Assembly (NCBI GenBank): GCA_043228905.1
Contig: JBHGNT010000017.1
Span: 16,678,001-16,742,000 of the forward strand
Reading direction: 5' to 3'
DNA from: Azolla caroliniana
Lineage: Eukaryota; Plantae; Polypodiophyta
DNA length: 64,000 bases
This document shows, piece after piece, positions 35,313 through 48,890 of the stretch. The notes beneath the pieces are model-generated. The model was not told the DNA's origin, did not search any database, and saw only the letters and a list, made by a program, of their open reading frames with translations. Made by a program: the position numbers and the translations under genes. The stretch's first letter is position 1, and each line of letters begins with the position of its first letter.

Positions 35313-38300
35313 GATGTTAAGTTATGTGATTTAATCAAATTTAGTTATAATTAAATCTGAGAGAGAATTTTGGACCTATTTTATGAAGCACCATAAGCCA
35401 AATCCCGAGTCTAATAAGCATAAAGATAATGTCAAGAGGAATCTTGTATATATAAATAATTCCATAGAGCAGTAAATCGCAATGAAACTAACATCCCATG
35501 CACTGAAGTTCTGGCTGCACAATACAATACAAATATAAAGTAAAGTACTGGGAACAGTGATAAGGGTTCGGCCCAATTTGTGAGAAACCGATTAAATGCA
35601 ATGGAATTATATGTTATGGTGCACTATACAAATGTAATGCAGAGGAAACCCGGAAATGATAAGGTTTCAATCCAATTTATTAAAAACGATGTGATAATAA
35701 ATTCCACCATCAAGAGCATGATTTACTTCTCATACATGTCTAAAATGATCTTCAACTCATCAGTCAAAGAGAAGACTGCAATTTTTTCATGTTAACTAAA
35801 AGGAAAAACTTAGCCTGTGTTATGGATCATACCTGTGTTATGGAGAGTCTGGAGTCTGAAGAGCAATGAAGTGGTGATTGGAAGTGGTGATTGGTGGTTG
35901 CCGCCTCAGCCTGCACAATGCCGCTTGTGTAGTGCGCCTCCTGAATCCTTTCTGTTCAATAGTTGTGTCTGTCTGTCTGTAGATACACAGTAGTTTGTAG
36001 TATGTACTTACTACTACTAACTAGTATTAGGTCCATAGTAAAAATAAGAAGGGTATAATTTATAAAATAGAAAATTTAGGAAGGGTATAATTTATAAAAT
36101 TGAAAATTTAGGGCTAGGGTAAGAACCTATAAACCTATAAACCGAACCAAATTAATAGAAACCGTTAAACCGATAAAACCGATAAACCGATAAACCGATA
36201 AATGTTAAACCGAACCGAACCGAAACCAAACCGAACTTTCATTCTTTAAACCAAACCAAACTCATTATTTAATTTTGAACCGATAAACCGTTAAGCCACG
36301 GTTTAACGGTTCGGTTCGGTTTGAGCCGAAACCGTGCCCATTGCTACCTACAACCCAACATTCTAGTTTTTGTGAGAATATCTAATACATATTTTCGTTG
36401 AGATAGAACAACTCCTTTTGCTCCACGAGCTACCTCAATTCCAAGAAAGTATCGTAACAATCCTAGATCTTTCATGTCAAACTCTTTACCCAATTTCCCC
36501 TTCAATTGCGCAATTTCTTCGTCATCGTTAACCGTGATAATTACATCATCCACATACATAGCAAGTAATGTAGTATGCTCCTTGTGTTGAAAAAACATTG
36601 TATGGCTTGCATTCGTCTGTTGGTATCCCATACCCACCATAGCCCTTCTTAACTTGTCGAACTAGGTTTGAGGAGATTGCTTTAGTCCATAAAGCGACGT
36701 CCTTAGTCTACAAATCTTATCTACTGTTTGAATTGTACCAAAAACTTAGGGGGACATCCATGTACACTTCATCAACGCTCCATGAAGGAATGCATTTTTT
36801 ACATCTAATTGATGTAATTTCCGATCCTTATTCACTGCTAAGGAAATAAGCGTTCTAACAGTGCTCATCTTCGCTACAGGTGCAAAAGTCTCATCGTAGT
36901 CAATGCCATATGTCTGACTATATCCTTTAGCCACCAATCGTTCCTTGTATCGATCTATTTTTCCCTCTAGGGTCTGTTTTATTGTAAACACCCATTTGCA
37001 CCCAACCGCCTTCTTTCTTGGTGGTAGTGACACAATCTCCCAAGTTTTGTTCTTCTCAAGAGCTCCGAGTTCTTCTTGCATGACTACTTTCCATTTTGGA
37101 TCTTCTTTAGCAACCTGCCAACACTTGGGTAAAGTGACAGAGTCTAATGATGCAATGAATGCTCTATGTGTAGCGGATATGTTAGAATAAGAGATAACCT
37201 GAGCAATATCATGAGGAAAACCATAACGATCAGGAGGGACTCTTGCATTACTGCGAAAGGTCCTCCTAACCTCTATAGGAGAAGGAGAGGAAATCATATC
37301 ACCTGTGATTTTTGGGTTTGGGAGTTCTATAGGTATTTTAGAAGTCGGGGCAGGTCGGGACATGGAACTTGATGGCACAAGTGGCACTGAAGACGTGTTC
37401 TTATTTCCTTCTTTCTGCCTCCTCTTTCTTGTATACACCTTTAGCTCCCCCTCAGCTTGAGTCCCAACACATATAGGTTCCTCGTCTTCTTTTCCTTCTT
37501 CTTCCTTATCTCCTACGCTCATTTGTTTCTTTGTTGATGTAGGGATCATCAAAGGAATTGATCCTATTTTTAGCAACCTCTCAACATTTATCTCCTTTCC
37601 CCATATTTTCAGTCTCACTTAAGTCATCAAAAGGTGAAGTTACCTCTTGTTTATAATATGGCTTTGACTCTTTGAAATTAACATCCATGCTCACAAATAA
37701 TCCCTTCTCTACTGGACTCCAGCAAACATAACCTTTTTGTGTGGCAGAGTATCCCACGAATACACATTTCACAACTCTAGGATCAAGTTTCCTACAGATG
37801 GTCTATTGTCCTTTACAAAACACACACATCCAAACACCTTCAAAGGAAGGAATCCAGAGTTATAGCCTTGCAACAACTCATATGGAGACTTCCACTCCAA
37901 TACTCTAGAGGGCATTCTATTGATCAATGCGACAACTGTCAAAACTACCTGTTCCCACAACTGCTTTGGGACATTCATAGAAATCATCATGCTTCTTGTT
38001 ACCTCTAGAAGATGTCTATTCTTCCTCTCTGCTACTCCATTTTGTTCTGGTGTATATGTTGTATGCCTTGATTTGAGAGGTATGTCCTAAATGTAATGTT
38101 AGCATACTATGTTCCATTATCAAATCTCAACACTTTTACTATTGCACCATATTGAGTTTGAAGTGCTCTATGAAAATCTTTAAAACAAGCAAACATTTCA
38201 TTCTTTTTCCTCATCAAATATAACCAAATCACATGAGAGAAGCAGTCAATGAAAGAGACAAAAGATTGATATCCATTAATAGAACTTGTGGAACATGGTC

Positions 38301-40212
38301 CCCAAACATTGGAGTGTATTACATCAAATGTATGGGAACTCCTATGACCTGAACTAGCATATGAGATTTTAGTAAGCTTACCAAATTCACATGCATCACA
38401 AACAAGTTTTGTTTTATCAGCCTTTTCAAAAAGGTGTGGATATACCCTACTCAAAATGCCATAAGAGGTATGTCCCATACTTGGTGGTAAAGTATCAAAA
38501 ACTCCTCATAACTCATTTTAGATCCCCTTACATATGTTCCCTCTACCATAGATGCTAATGCTGAATCTAGCCCTTCACGATCCAAATACCATAGTCCACT
38601 ATGCCATGTGCTAGTCCCAAGTCTACGACCTGTCCCTTTCTCCTGGAATATCACCTTGGGAATATCAAAAGAAACAATACATTTTAGTTGGTGTATGATA
38701 GAACTTATGGATAATAGGTTTTACTGGGAAAGGAGCATGCAACACATTAGACAATGTCACAAAGTCGATACATTTTACTGTACCTATACCCACTATAGGT
38801 TGTGTTGTACCATTAGGAATTTGAATGCTCTCTGGCATTGCGATGTGAGTATACGAGGAGAATTCACTAGCATTACCAGTCACATGCCTAGATGCACCAA
38901 AATCAATTATCCATTCTGGTGCTGAGGCAAGAGTATTTGTGTTGCTAGTACTTGTGGCCTAATAAGCATAGGTGGCAATGTTACCTCTTGACATGAATGA
39001 AGTATCATCTGCGGCTTTTTGCTTCCTCCTAAGTATATCTAAGGGAGCTTGATCCTCTTCAGTGAACACCACCTTAGTTCCTTCCTCTTCTTTTTCTACC
39101 ATCAGGTTTGCTTGGTGACCTCCTCTTCCACCTCTTCAGCACCCTCGACCACGACCTCTAGTTTGTTCACATCCTGCATATTCTCTCTCCTTTGATGGTT
39201 TAGGGCAAGCATTCTTTAAATGACCAACTTCACCACAATTGTAGCATTTTCGATTTTCACTTCCGCTTGAATTTGACACCATTAGTGCCGATCGTACCCC
39301 TAGAAATCCGGTAGTGTCACAAAGCAACTTCATTCTACTCTCCTCTTGTATCATAGTCACACTTGCCTCATCAAGTGTGGGAATTTCAGCCTTGGCTAGA
39401 AGAACTGCCCTTCTTTGATCAAATGATGGGTTGAGATGTTTCAAAAATTGCATGGTTCTTCTTTGAGTAGAATTTTCCTTGCTCTTACACTAAGGATCAT
39501 TGCAGAAAGTCAAAGGCGAGAAATGATCATATTCGGCCCATAGACGCTCCAACTTTATGGCATATTCCTGAATCATCCTATCTCCCTGCCAAACGACATC
39601 TATCTCCTGCTTGATTTGAAATACTCTCATGTTATTCCCCCTCCCAACATACGTCTGTTGCAATTTCTCCCAAATTTCCTTCACACTTAAAATTCCATCA
39701 ACAGTTGTGACGATTGATGGAACCATGGAGTTGAGAAGCCATGTGTACAAAGACATGTGGGTAGCTCTCCATGCTTTCCATTCATTGATCCTTTTGACAA
39801 GAGGTTCTTTCTCTTCTCCCGTTAGGTAGTCATCAAGGCTTCTCCCTGCCAAGGCACCTATAATCTAACGTGACCAACTCAAGTATGTGGGTGGTCCATC
39901 GAGTTTGAACTCAACTGGGAGGAGTTCAAGTCGAGGTGTGGAGGTGGTGGTTGTATTCTTGTCACACCTCCAAATGCTACAAACTCAACCTGCTTCATGT
40001 ATTTCACCAATGTTTTCACCTCATCCTTGTTCAATTTTGAGAACACCTCATCCATCTTCTCAACTTAGCCTATCTCTGCTCTCTTCTTCTGACTTCTTTT
40101 CTGAAGTCGCCTCTCAATCACATAGCAATGCCATCCCTAAAAAAAAAAAAAACCCCTTTCCTCTCTTGGATGCTAAGACAGTGTTGTTCCAATTGTTGTC
40201 ATACCAACAGAA

Positions 40213-40292
40213 GGGTGGATCTAGGGTTTTGTAGAGGGTGGATCTAGGGTTTTGTAGAGGGTCGATCTAGGGTTTTGTAGAGGGGCGGATCT
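40213..40292. repeat. 23-bp tandem repeat in the Copia 5' leader
   Basis: GATCTAGGGTTTTGTAGAGGGTG about 3.5 times. Confidence 0.9.
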
Positions 40293-41372
40293 ATGCTCTG
40301 ATACCTAATAGAAAAATGAAAAGGCACATTTGTTCAATAATATACATTGGTATGTCACAACAGGAGGGAGAAAATACAGAGATCACTCATATTTTCATGA
40401 GGAGAAAGTTCCTCTTTATAAAGGCCAAGATCTGGCCGTTGGGCTAGCTGTTATAACTTATCTCCTCTTGCCACTATGGCAAGCTTTCATAGGATGCAAA
40501 AGCTGTAACTCCAAATTTGTTCGTGATGATAGGACTTTTTGAGTTGACTTGGCCATCTTAGTTTATCTTTCTTGCATATTTTGCATGACGTAGGTTTGCT
40601 GTTATGGTTAAATTCCAACTGTAATAGCATTTTATTCTCAATTTTATTTAATGTTTGAAAGTTCATATAAGCTACTAAAATCAAGGTTTTACATATGTAC
40701 CCAATGGACACTGATGATGACAAGATCTTTTTGCAAACAAAAAAGAAAATGAACATGATTAATTCAGTTTTGGCAACATATAGCCAATTAGATTCTGCAT
40801 TAGTTCAAATTATCCTTTTCCAACAAGGTGTTAAGTCCCAATAACATACTAAGATTATTCTTACAAATGATCACTGTTACATTTTTGTGGTGTCCATTCA
40901 CCACTGTATGATTCAAATTTCAAAGAGCCCTTACCTCAAAAGGACGATCCTCATCCTTACATATTCATTTTGAAAATGAAATACACACTAAAATCAAATT
41001 CACAATTCCCCACAACCCAATGGCGTTGAGAGCTTTTCATTCATTTCTATACATTTTGCATAAATATCAAAGACAGCCTTCACTTCAACCATTGCTCAAT
41101 GAGCAAAATCTGCGATTTATGTATGAAGGACACAAGGAAGTGCAATATGCATTCTCCACACCTAGTCAAAGTGCTTCTTTTGTATACATTTGGTCGGTCT
41201 GAAGATCTTTATACTTCCAAGGTATCAAGCTGACTGAGCAAGATATAGGGCTCGGTTTCGACGGATATCAACCTTATGAAACAGTATGCCTCTAAATCTC
41301 AAAATCAGAGGAATGGCAAGAAACCTAAACCATATGAAGTTTATCGATATTTGTTTTCTCAATTACCCTCTT

Positions 41373-44300
41373 TTAACTTTTTTCCTCTGAACTGCTATCA
41401 TTTGAAGAACCTTCCGAACTCCCTCCAAAGACTTCATTTACTGGTGAGAATGTGACACTCTTCCTATACATTGGGCTTGGACTCCTGCTCTGTTCTGAGC
41501 TGCTGCTACTAGTACATGTATAATCAGTCGATGAAGATCTCTCACTCTCTTCAAAGACTTTATTTACTGGTGAGAATGTGACAGTTTTTTGGTCAGGCCC
41601 TCTCGTTAGGTTCTGGTTTTGGGTCTGGCTCTGGCTTTCTTCATTTCTTCGGTTATGTTCTTTACTTTCTTCAAAAATTTCATCCACTGGTGAGAATGTC
41701 ACAGTTCTCTTCAGCGTTGGACTTGGGGTCACACTTCGGCTTTGATTATAAAGTGGATTTTTATACTTCCCTGTAGGAGGGGATAGTGAAGAAGCATTCT
41801 TACCTAAGATTTTTTGGTTTGATCGACTCCTTGAACTCTCATTGTTTGACATTGTCTCTGGTGGTATTTGAGCTTCTTGATCATAGCCTACTAAGAATTC
41901 ATCATTATATGATGAAAGCATACGTAACTCTTCAGAAAAATCTCCTTCATTGACTGTTCCAAGCATTTTCTCAAGAATTGAATCTACCCTTGATAGGAAC
42001 GAGCTGAACGGACTTCTTGCTTGTGTGCTGCTAGAAGTAAATTCAGCTAAAGGAATAGAAGGCCTTTGCCAATCTCGATAATTAGAGATATCATCATTAT
42101 CTGACGATGATGAAAACAATGCTAAGGATCTCTTTACAAAATGAAGACCTTCGAGGGCACTTCTCAATTCCTCCGCAATTCGTATAGATTGTGGTTCAAG
42201 CTCCAGTGTTGCTTGCAAATACTCTATTTTTCTTTCATAAGACTTCTGTCTCCTCAGAAGCGATCCCTGTCAATCAGTAACATAATCTTTTACTACCAGT
42301 TCTTGTCTTTTTGCACAGCAAAATGGAAAGATGAAGTACTTGATTAACTCACTTTACGATGCCGTAATTTTTCTTGCTTTAGCAATTGGCAGAGTCTATG
42401 CCTGTGAATTGTTTGCTTTTTTCGCCAATAATAATATAAAACTGTGCTCAGGATTAAAAGGAAAAGAAAGATAGCCATAATAGAGACAGCAAATGAAATG
42501 ATCTGCTGGCTAGAACCTAAAATTTCACATGAAAGAAGGCTGTTAATGTTACCTGTCTTCTCTTTTCATTATTTCTTGTAAATGCATTCATTGTTTTAGA
42601 GGGGAGAGAAAGAATGAGAAGAAGGCACCTCCAGTTCGTTGTTTTGTTGCATTGAACAAGAATTGTGTGCAAGTAATCTTGTGAAGTTCTTCTGAAATAA
42701 AAGGTCGAGGCATTTCATGTTAATTTTCTAACAGTAAAAGGGAATATGAACAGTTCGAATTTTTTTCTATAAAGATCTTACCGTCAGTTTTGCACATGCT
42801 CCTTCTTGAAAGATCTGTAAAGGGTACATACAAACATGTCAGACTTTTAACCTTTTCATTCCGATTATAGTATCTTCAAAGTTTCCAATTAAAGAATAAA
42901 AGTAAGAATAAAAATTGACTGCTAGAAGTTCAAAGAGAATACTTGCTGAAGCCGTAAGTGCAATTATCCAATCAGAACTAATCCTGTACGAGTTTATGTC
43001 ATTCAGCAGTATAGTTGTTGGAAAAAGATCTGTTCAAGAACCTGTTTTACCAGTTAGAATAGCATGCTTTCAGTAGAAACCATCTTAATAACCATATCCA
43101 CAGAAATAAATCAGTATATTTTGTCAGATTTAGGCAAACCATGCCTAGAGGAAATGACATAGCATGGATATGATGTGTATGGTGTACCACACTACACCGT
43201 CAAAGGTCAAGACTATCTGAAACTATATCAAGCATGCCATGTATCAATATTTACGATGTCATCATCAAAGCATAAGAATAACACGTGTTTCTATCAATTC
43301 TCTGGAAAATGAAAGCTCTTCCGACCTCAACAAAGTCTATATGCAAAAGTATGCACGGGGTTCAGACATGTTGCATACAACTATGTTCATATGAGAATCA
43401 AATATTTGAAGTGCCCAAGAAACAATTGAACAATGAAAGGCATTTATTAAGCTCCAGGAAACTTAATCATTCTAAATAACCCAAACATAGAAATTGCAAA
43501 TACAAATTACAATCCAAAAAGCTGGAAATTTTCATCATAATTCTAAAGAAATTTATTCATCTTTTGCACATAGGGCAAATACATGATCAAAATCATAATA
43601 TATGTTCTCCACATGCCACGAAACAAATTCATGAAATTATAAAGCAAAAAAATAATAACTTGTGGAAGCAGCAAATACTGAGAGAAATAATAATCTTTAC
43701 AATCCCATCCGATTATACTTTTCTGAATAATTGTGGCTATGGATTGATTCAAGGAGATCCTTTTAGATCTAAGAGAATGGTTTTTCTTATATCCTGATTT
43801 TCAAGAGATAATGCATAAAATATTGTCTTTCATAACATAGTGCACACCTAAGTATTGTACTAAACAATTGGTCAAAACTGAAAAAGTTTATTTTGACGGC
43901 TGATTTTTGCAATGGAATTCGTTCCTCACAACTTATTACGTATCATACTAAAGAGTACATACCTGGGTACTCTGTGCCCCATAGAACCCGTCCAGTTGAC
44001 GGAACCAACAGCCATATATTCATACCCCATGACTCTGTGAATGATATAGTCTCGGTTCCATTGAACTGTTCCAATGTCTTTGAAGCGATTTTGCTTTGTG
44101 CAATGTATATTGCATCATTTGAACAGTCAAGAATGGGTGATGTCTGTATGCTTACAGGAGACAAAACATCATTTGCTAGATATTTTTGCATCCTTCCATC
44201 TGGAGAGATAACATACAGGAAACCATCTATGGATCCAACTGAAACAAAACCTGATCATTTGAAACCATAAGTTTGAGTTTAAGATTTAAAAAACATATTC

Positions 44301-46490
44301 CTCATGGTTGCATAACTAACAAAACATGATGTGATTGAACCTGATGAATCAATCAATACAGTGCTGCTTGTTTCACCAAGAGGTCCAACTTTTACTTCCC
44401 AGACTAAAGTTCCCAAGTCAGCTGATATGGCATAGACTGTATTGTATTGTAGCAATGTAACATAAACACGTCCATTGTTTCCACATATAACTTTGATTAA
44501 TGATGGCACACCGAGACTTAGTGCGTAACGCCACCTCAAGAAAGGTTGCCATGTTGCGTATGAATACAGCCATCCATCTGACCGTGCCACCTAAGAAGGA
44601 TACAACAAATGGAGATTAACCACTTACAAGTTTCTCTCACACGGGAGAAAGATGTACTGATATTCAGCTTCAACAAAGATGAATCGCATCCTGAATCGTT
44701 GACACTTACATAAATACTTCCATCACATTGATCCACAGCTAGAGACGGGAAAAAAGCACAATCAGTTACATTGTCTGCACATACTCCCATTGACTTCGGT
44801 GATTTCATTATGCTCCCATTAAACTGCACAAGGGTGCTCCATAGAGGCGTGCCATCTAACATGAATGCATGGACACCTGTCCCAGTATTGATGTAAAGAA
44901 CTGAGCTCCACGATGTAACAGCGAGACCTATTACAGAAGAGAAATTGCCAATCGATTTTAGGCTGCTGGGTGGAACCATACTAAAAAAGTCGGCTGCGCT
45001 TGGTATTTTTGATGCTGAGGATGGAGGAGTAACAACGATCACGGTCTGATCTGCTGCTGCATAGACCTACAGATGGATGAAACAACATTATTTAACATAA
45101 CAGAGCTACAATGTTTTTTGCCATAACCAAATTACAAACTTGAAAAGATGATTGTTCTTTTGTTCTCTGAAGTTCAATGATGATGAGAAATATAATGCCT
45201 GTCTCTCTCTTGGACACCATGTATATCAGCCAGTACGTAGATTACAACAACATACAAGCCTCAACAAAGTTATCAGAGAATTCCATTAGCCCTTCAAAAA
45301 CAGATATGAGGTTCATTTCTAAGGTTATTAAGGATGCATCATAGTTGAATCAGAGAGATATCAACCCATTTCTACTAAAATGGATTATGAAGGTGATATG
45401 TTTTTGAAACTTCAAAGCAACAGATTCTCAATCAAGAAATCTGTGTACAATCTAGAAGAAATGTACAATACTTGTCTACAGAAACTTCTTGACATGCAGC
45501 ATTTTTGACACAAAGTTTAAGCCTGAAGATTGTCCTACCACTTTCTTATAATTGACTAGTGGGATGGTACTTCAATGCAATAGGTAAACAGGTATGGAAT
45601 TACTCTAAACTGAACTAAGATGGAATTAAGCATGACCCTATCTACAGTTTACAAGTAATATATTATGCTCATCTCAACAAGCTTCCATTATACTTGACAC
45701 AAAGTTGAAGCTCAGATATTGTCCTACCTTTCCATTATAATCGATCACTGGGGCAACATTCGTTTGGCAAGTTTGATTCATTGAAGCACTCCATGCCAAG
45801 GAACCATTTCCTCGAAATGCTACCACTTCATTATTTGCACAAGCATAAATCAATTGGTCTGTACCAATGGTAGGGATAGACAATTCCGGTTCACCTGTAA
45901 AAGCAAAAGAAAAATGCAATTCTTTTGTTAAAGGAAGAACCTTCTCTCTCTATCTAGGAAAAGAACCCAAATCCAATTCTTCAGGAATCAAATCAAACAT
46001 TCCTTCTTTCTACAAGAAATGAATACACCAAAATCATATTCTTTTGCAAAGAAAATCAAATTTCTCTTCCCTATATACAGAAAAAGAATCCAGATCTAAT
46101 TCTTTTGTTAGAGAAAGCAAACAAAAGAACCCAAGTTTCAAATTCCTTGGTGGAATGTTCGTCTTGCCAATTGGCGATTCAGCATCCCCACTATCCGTGT
46201 AGCGGTCACATCACTCAATTTGATACCATTGTAGTGTTCGTCACACACATTTATAACTATAATTGTGTGTTTCCACCCAAAAGAAAAAAGAATGTGCGAA
46301 AAAATTCAAAGTTTTTGTGAAAGAAAATCAAGCAAGTACTCCACGTAAATATGTATAGAGAATGTGCCCAAATCCAATCTCTGTAGCAGAAGGAAAGCAA
46401 ACATTATTCTACTAGCAATAGATGAAGAAAAGGAGGAGGAAGAAGAAAACCCATATTCAATTTCTTTCTTATGCGAAGGAATCAAGCAAT

Positions 46491-46528
<38 letters not shown>

Positions 46529-46715
46529 TAACAGAAGAACCTTAATAGTGTGGACGGAAAATAGAATCCTTACCAGAAGAGAAGCCGACGGGGAAGAGAA
46601 ATGTGAGAGAGAGAAAGAAAAGGAGGGTGTGAGAGAATAGGACTATTTTCCGATTCCTGCAACAATGATCATCACACCATAGCTCTTTTTGCAAGCGAGA
46701 ACTACTGCTATGCAT
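41373..46715 (-). CDS. GEX3: GAMETE EXPRESSED 3-like type I membrane protein (PQQ-like beta-propeller ectodomain)
   Basis: Exons ~46715-46574 (signal-like), 45894-45728, 45066-44710, 44590-44341, 44250-43963, 43029-42943, 42813-42782, ~42691-42629, ~42517-42353 (TM + WRKK), ~42266-41373. Motifs IYAC..F..NGSLAWS, DQCDGSIY, GNNGRVYV, VSVGSIDGFLY, SPILDCS match GEX3 as recalled. Confidence 0.8.
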
Positions 46716-48890
46716 CGACTCGGCATTTTTAGGGCATATGTAAAATAGCATACACAGACATCGTTTCTTCTTTCTCAGAGTAGAGAGGGAACAGATTTGG
46801 GTGTTTTCCCCGTTTGTCACATAATTAGGGTTTTTTTAGAACACAGACACAGAGACAGAGGAGAGAGATGGTGGTTGACAGTTTAGGTTTTCAGTCCGCC
46901 GTTTATTCAATTTTGTTTTAAATTAAATTAATTGAAATTAAATAATAAATTAAAATTTAATAAATTAATTGAAATTAAATAATAAATTGCAAGTTAACAA
47001 ATTAAATAACTAATTAAAATTTAAGAAACTAATATAAATGGAAAAAACTAATTGAAACTAAATCAACTTAACTAAAAACAATTGTAGTTAATTTAAATTA
47101 AAATGAACTAAAAAAGAATTTTATTTAATTATTAAATTTATTAAATTAAAGTAATTAAAAATTAATTAATTATGTAATTCAAATGATTATTTATTTATTT
47201 AATTATTTGATTTATGCTTTTATTTTATTTTATTTTTGAGGAAGAAGAGGAAGCCCCCCCCAACAAAAAAAAGGCACTCATGTTTTGCTCCTGTTTTTCT
47301 TTGTGCTTATGATTATAAATTATCATTACAGACTGCCTAAAAGAACTCAATTCTCCGGAGATGCTGCCCATTTTCTCCGCCTTCATCCAACCGGAACACA
47401 TCACGGCTCATTACGAGAATCGACTCCTCTTCTTAACCTACACTCCAGTTGGACACGATTTCCCTTTTATTTTATGCTCATCCGGCTTGTGAAATCGAAA
47501 CACCTCGTACACACAACACTTATATTGTTTTCCTGTTAAAAGTCGTTGAACTGTGCGTTGGAGACTTTTCGGTAGGATGCTACACAAAACCTATAACCCA
47601 AGATTTATCGCATAACATTTCCATTGAAATGGTTCAAAAATAAATAAAAACTCCCTCCCCATGGACAAAGGTCAAAAACAGTTTAGACGAGGAAAAAACG
47701 GCTAATGATTTGGCATCCCAAAATGTTTTTAAGCCATAGAAAAAGATGTTGTATGCCCAAACATGGAGACCACTGGGATTGATTTTAAGTCTTTCGGAAA
47801 CGACTTGCATGGGGCAAACAATAACATTGGAGTGCTATTGTAATCATGTCAATCTAGAAGGTAAAACAAACTTACATGTCCACTCCTATGGCAACACATT
47901 GAATATCATACACATGTACTTGGAATTTAAAAAATGGGGGTTTCCATCTCACACATCATGACATGGAAGGGCGTCTTAGCTCTGCGGCATGGAATCGTGA
48001 AGATGAAGATGATGTACTAATAAGGAATGCCCAATATATGAACCTATTAGAGTAAAAGTTTGTTTGCTTCTCACAAAAAAGGACGATATTCCGATTGACA
48101 ACCTAGGGGTGATACGAAATACCATTCATCTCTCTTTCTCTCTTTTATCATATACTGAAAAAGTGAAAATTTCCAAATTGCTTAATTGATTTCGTGCTTT
48201 GCTTGTTCTCATGGGGTAACAATCTAACTAATCATGGACAAGAATGGACACCATATGAAGTTCCAACCGGCATCTCTGCTTATCGATTGCATAATTGGAT
48301 GAGAGATATTTGCAATTTTTCAAGGAGAAACCCTAAAGTATCTAAAGACACTAAAGGAGAAATCCAATTGAGTTTTTATACACAATGAAAACAAATGGGC
48401 TTTTATATATTATTGTACAAGGCTCTGAATCATACAGAGATCTCTTAAGAAACAATTGTGGTGTGAAAATAGAATTCCAAAGAGTTAACTACAACTTGTC
48501 TCGATTCTTCAGACACATATCTGGCTAGATGCAAAAGACTTGGATTCATTGGTTTTGCCTTTTTCAAGTCCATTTCTCTTTGCTACAAATCTTGGCATGA
48601 TTTTAGAATTTTCCATTGAAACATCAAGCATCAAGCCGATCAATCTCATATCCCTTTCATCATTAGCTTTAGCTTTTCTCTCCGTACTTTCTGTCTGAGA
48701 GACCCAAGTAACACTTCCGACTTAATGCTATATACTCCAGCCAATTTTGGACTCTTCATTGAGAACTCAAGCACACGAAAGGCCAAACACAGCAGCCATT
48801 GCCAAAATTGCTCGACTTCCACCAAACCAAGTAGCCATTACTATACTCAAAATCTTTGTTCAGCTTAGTACGACTTTATAAACGTTTCCA

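Larger units (their letters stand above)
31687..36346 (-). mobile_element. Full-length, putatively autonomous hAT DNA transposon
   Basis: 11-bp TIRs TAGCAATGGGC/GCCCATTGCTA, perfect 8-bp TSD CCTACAAC (31679-31686 / 36347-36354), dense AAACCG/AAACCA subterminal repeats, internal transposase. Confidence 0.96.
31490..40460 (-). mobile_element. Degenerate Ty1/Copia retrotransposon, 3'-truncated and split by a hAT
   Basis: On minus strand: probable 5' LTR ~40307-40460, tRNA-Met PBS-like GCTCTGATACC at 40295, gag, zinc knuckle CYNCGEVGHLKNAC, protease, integrase (WGP, NRMPS), RT ([30 protein letters not shown]). RT resumes beyond the hAT (MLGCR|PVASP..YQRLVG). No RNase H or 3' LTR seen. Confidence 0.93.

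Noticed and set aside
46915-47236. AT-rich block upstream of GEX3 as a MITE
   Set aside because: No definable TIR or TSD; treated as low complexity.
48540-48840. Coding-like minus-strand stretch downstream of the glycosyltransferase stop
   Set aside because: Interrupted by stops with no recognisable family; may be 3' UTR.
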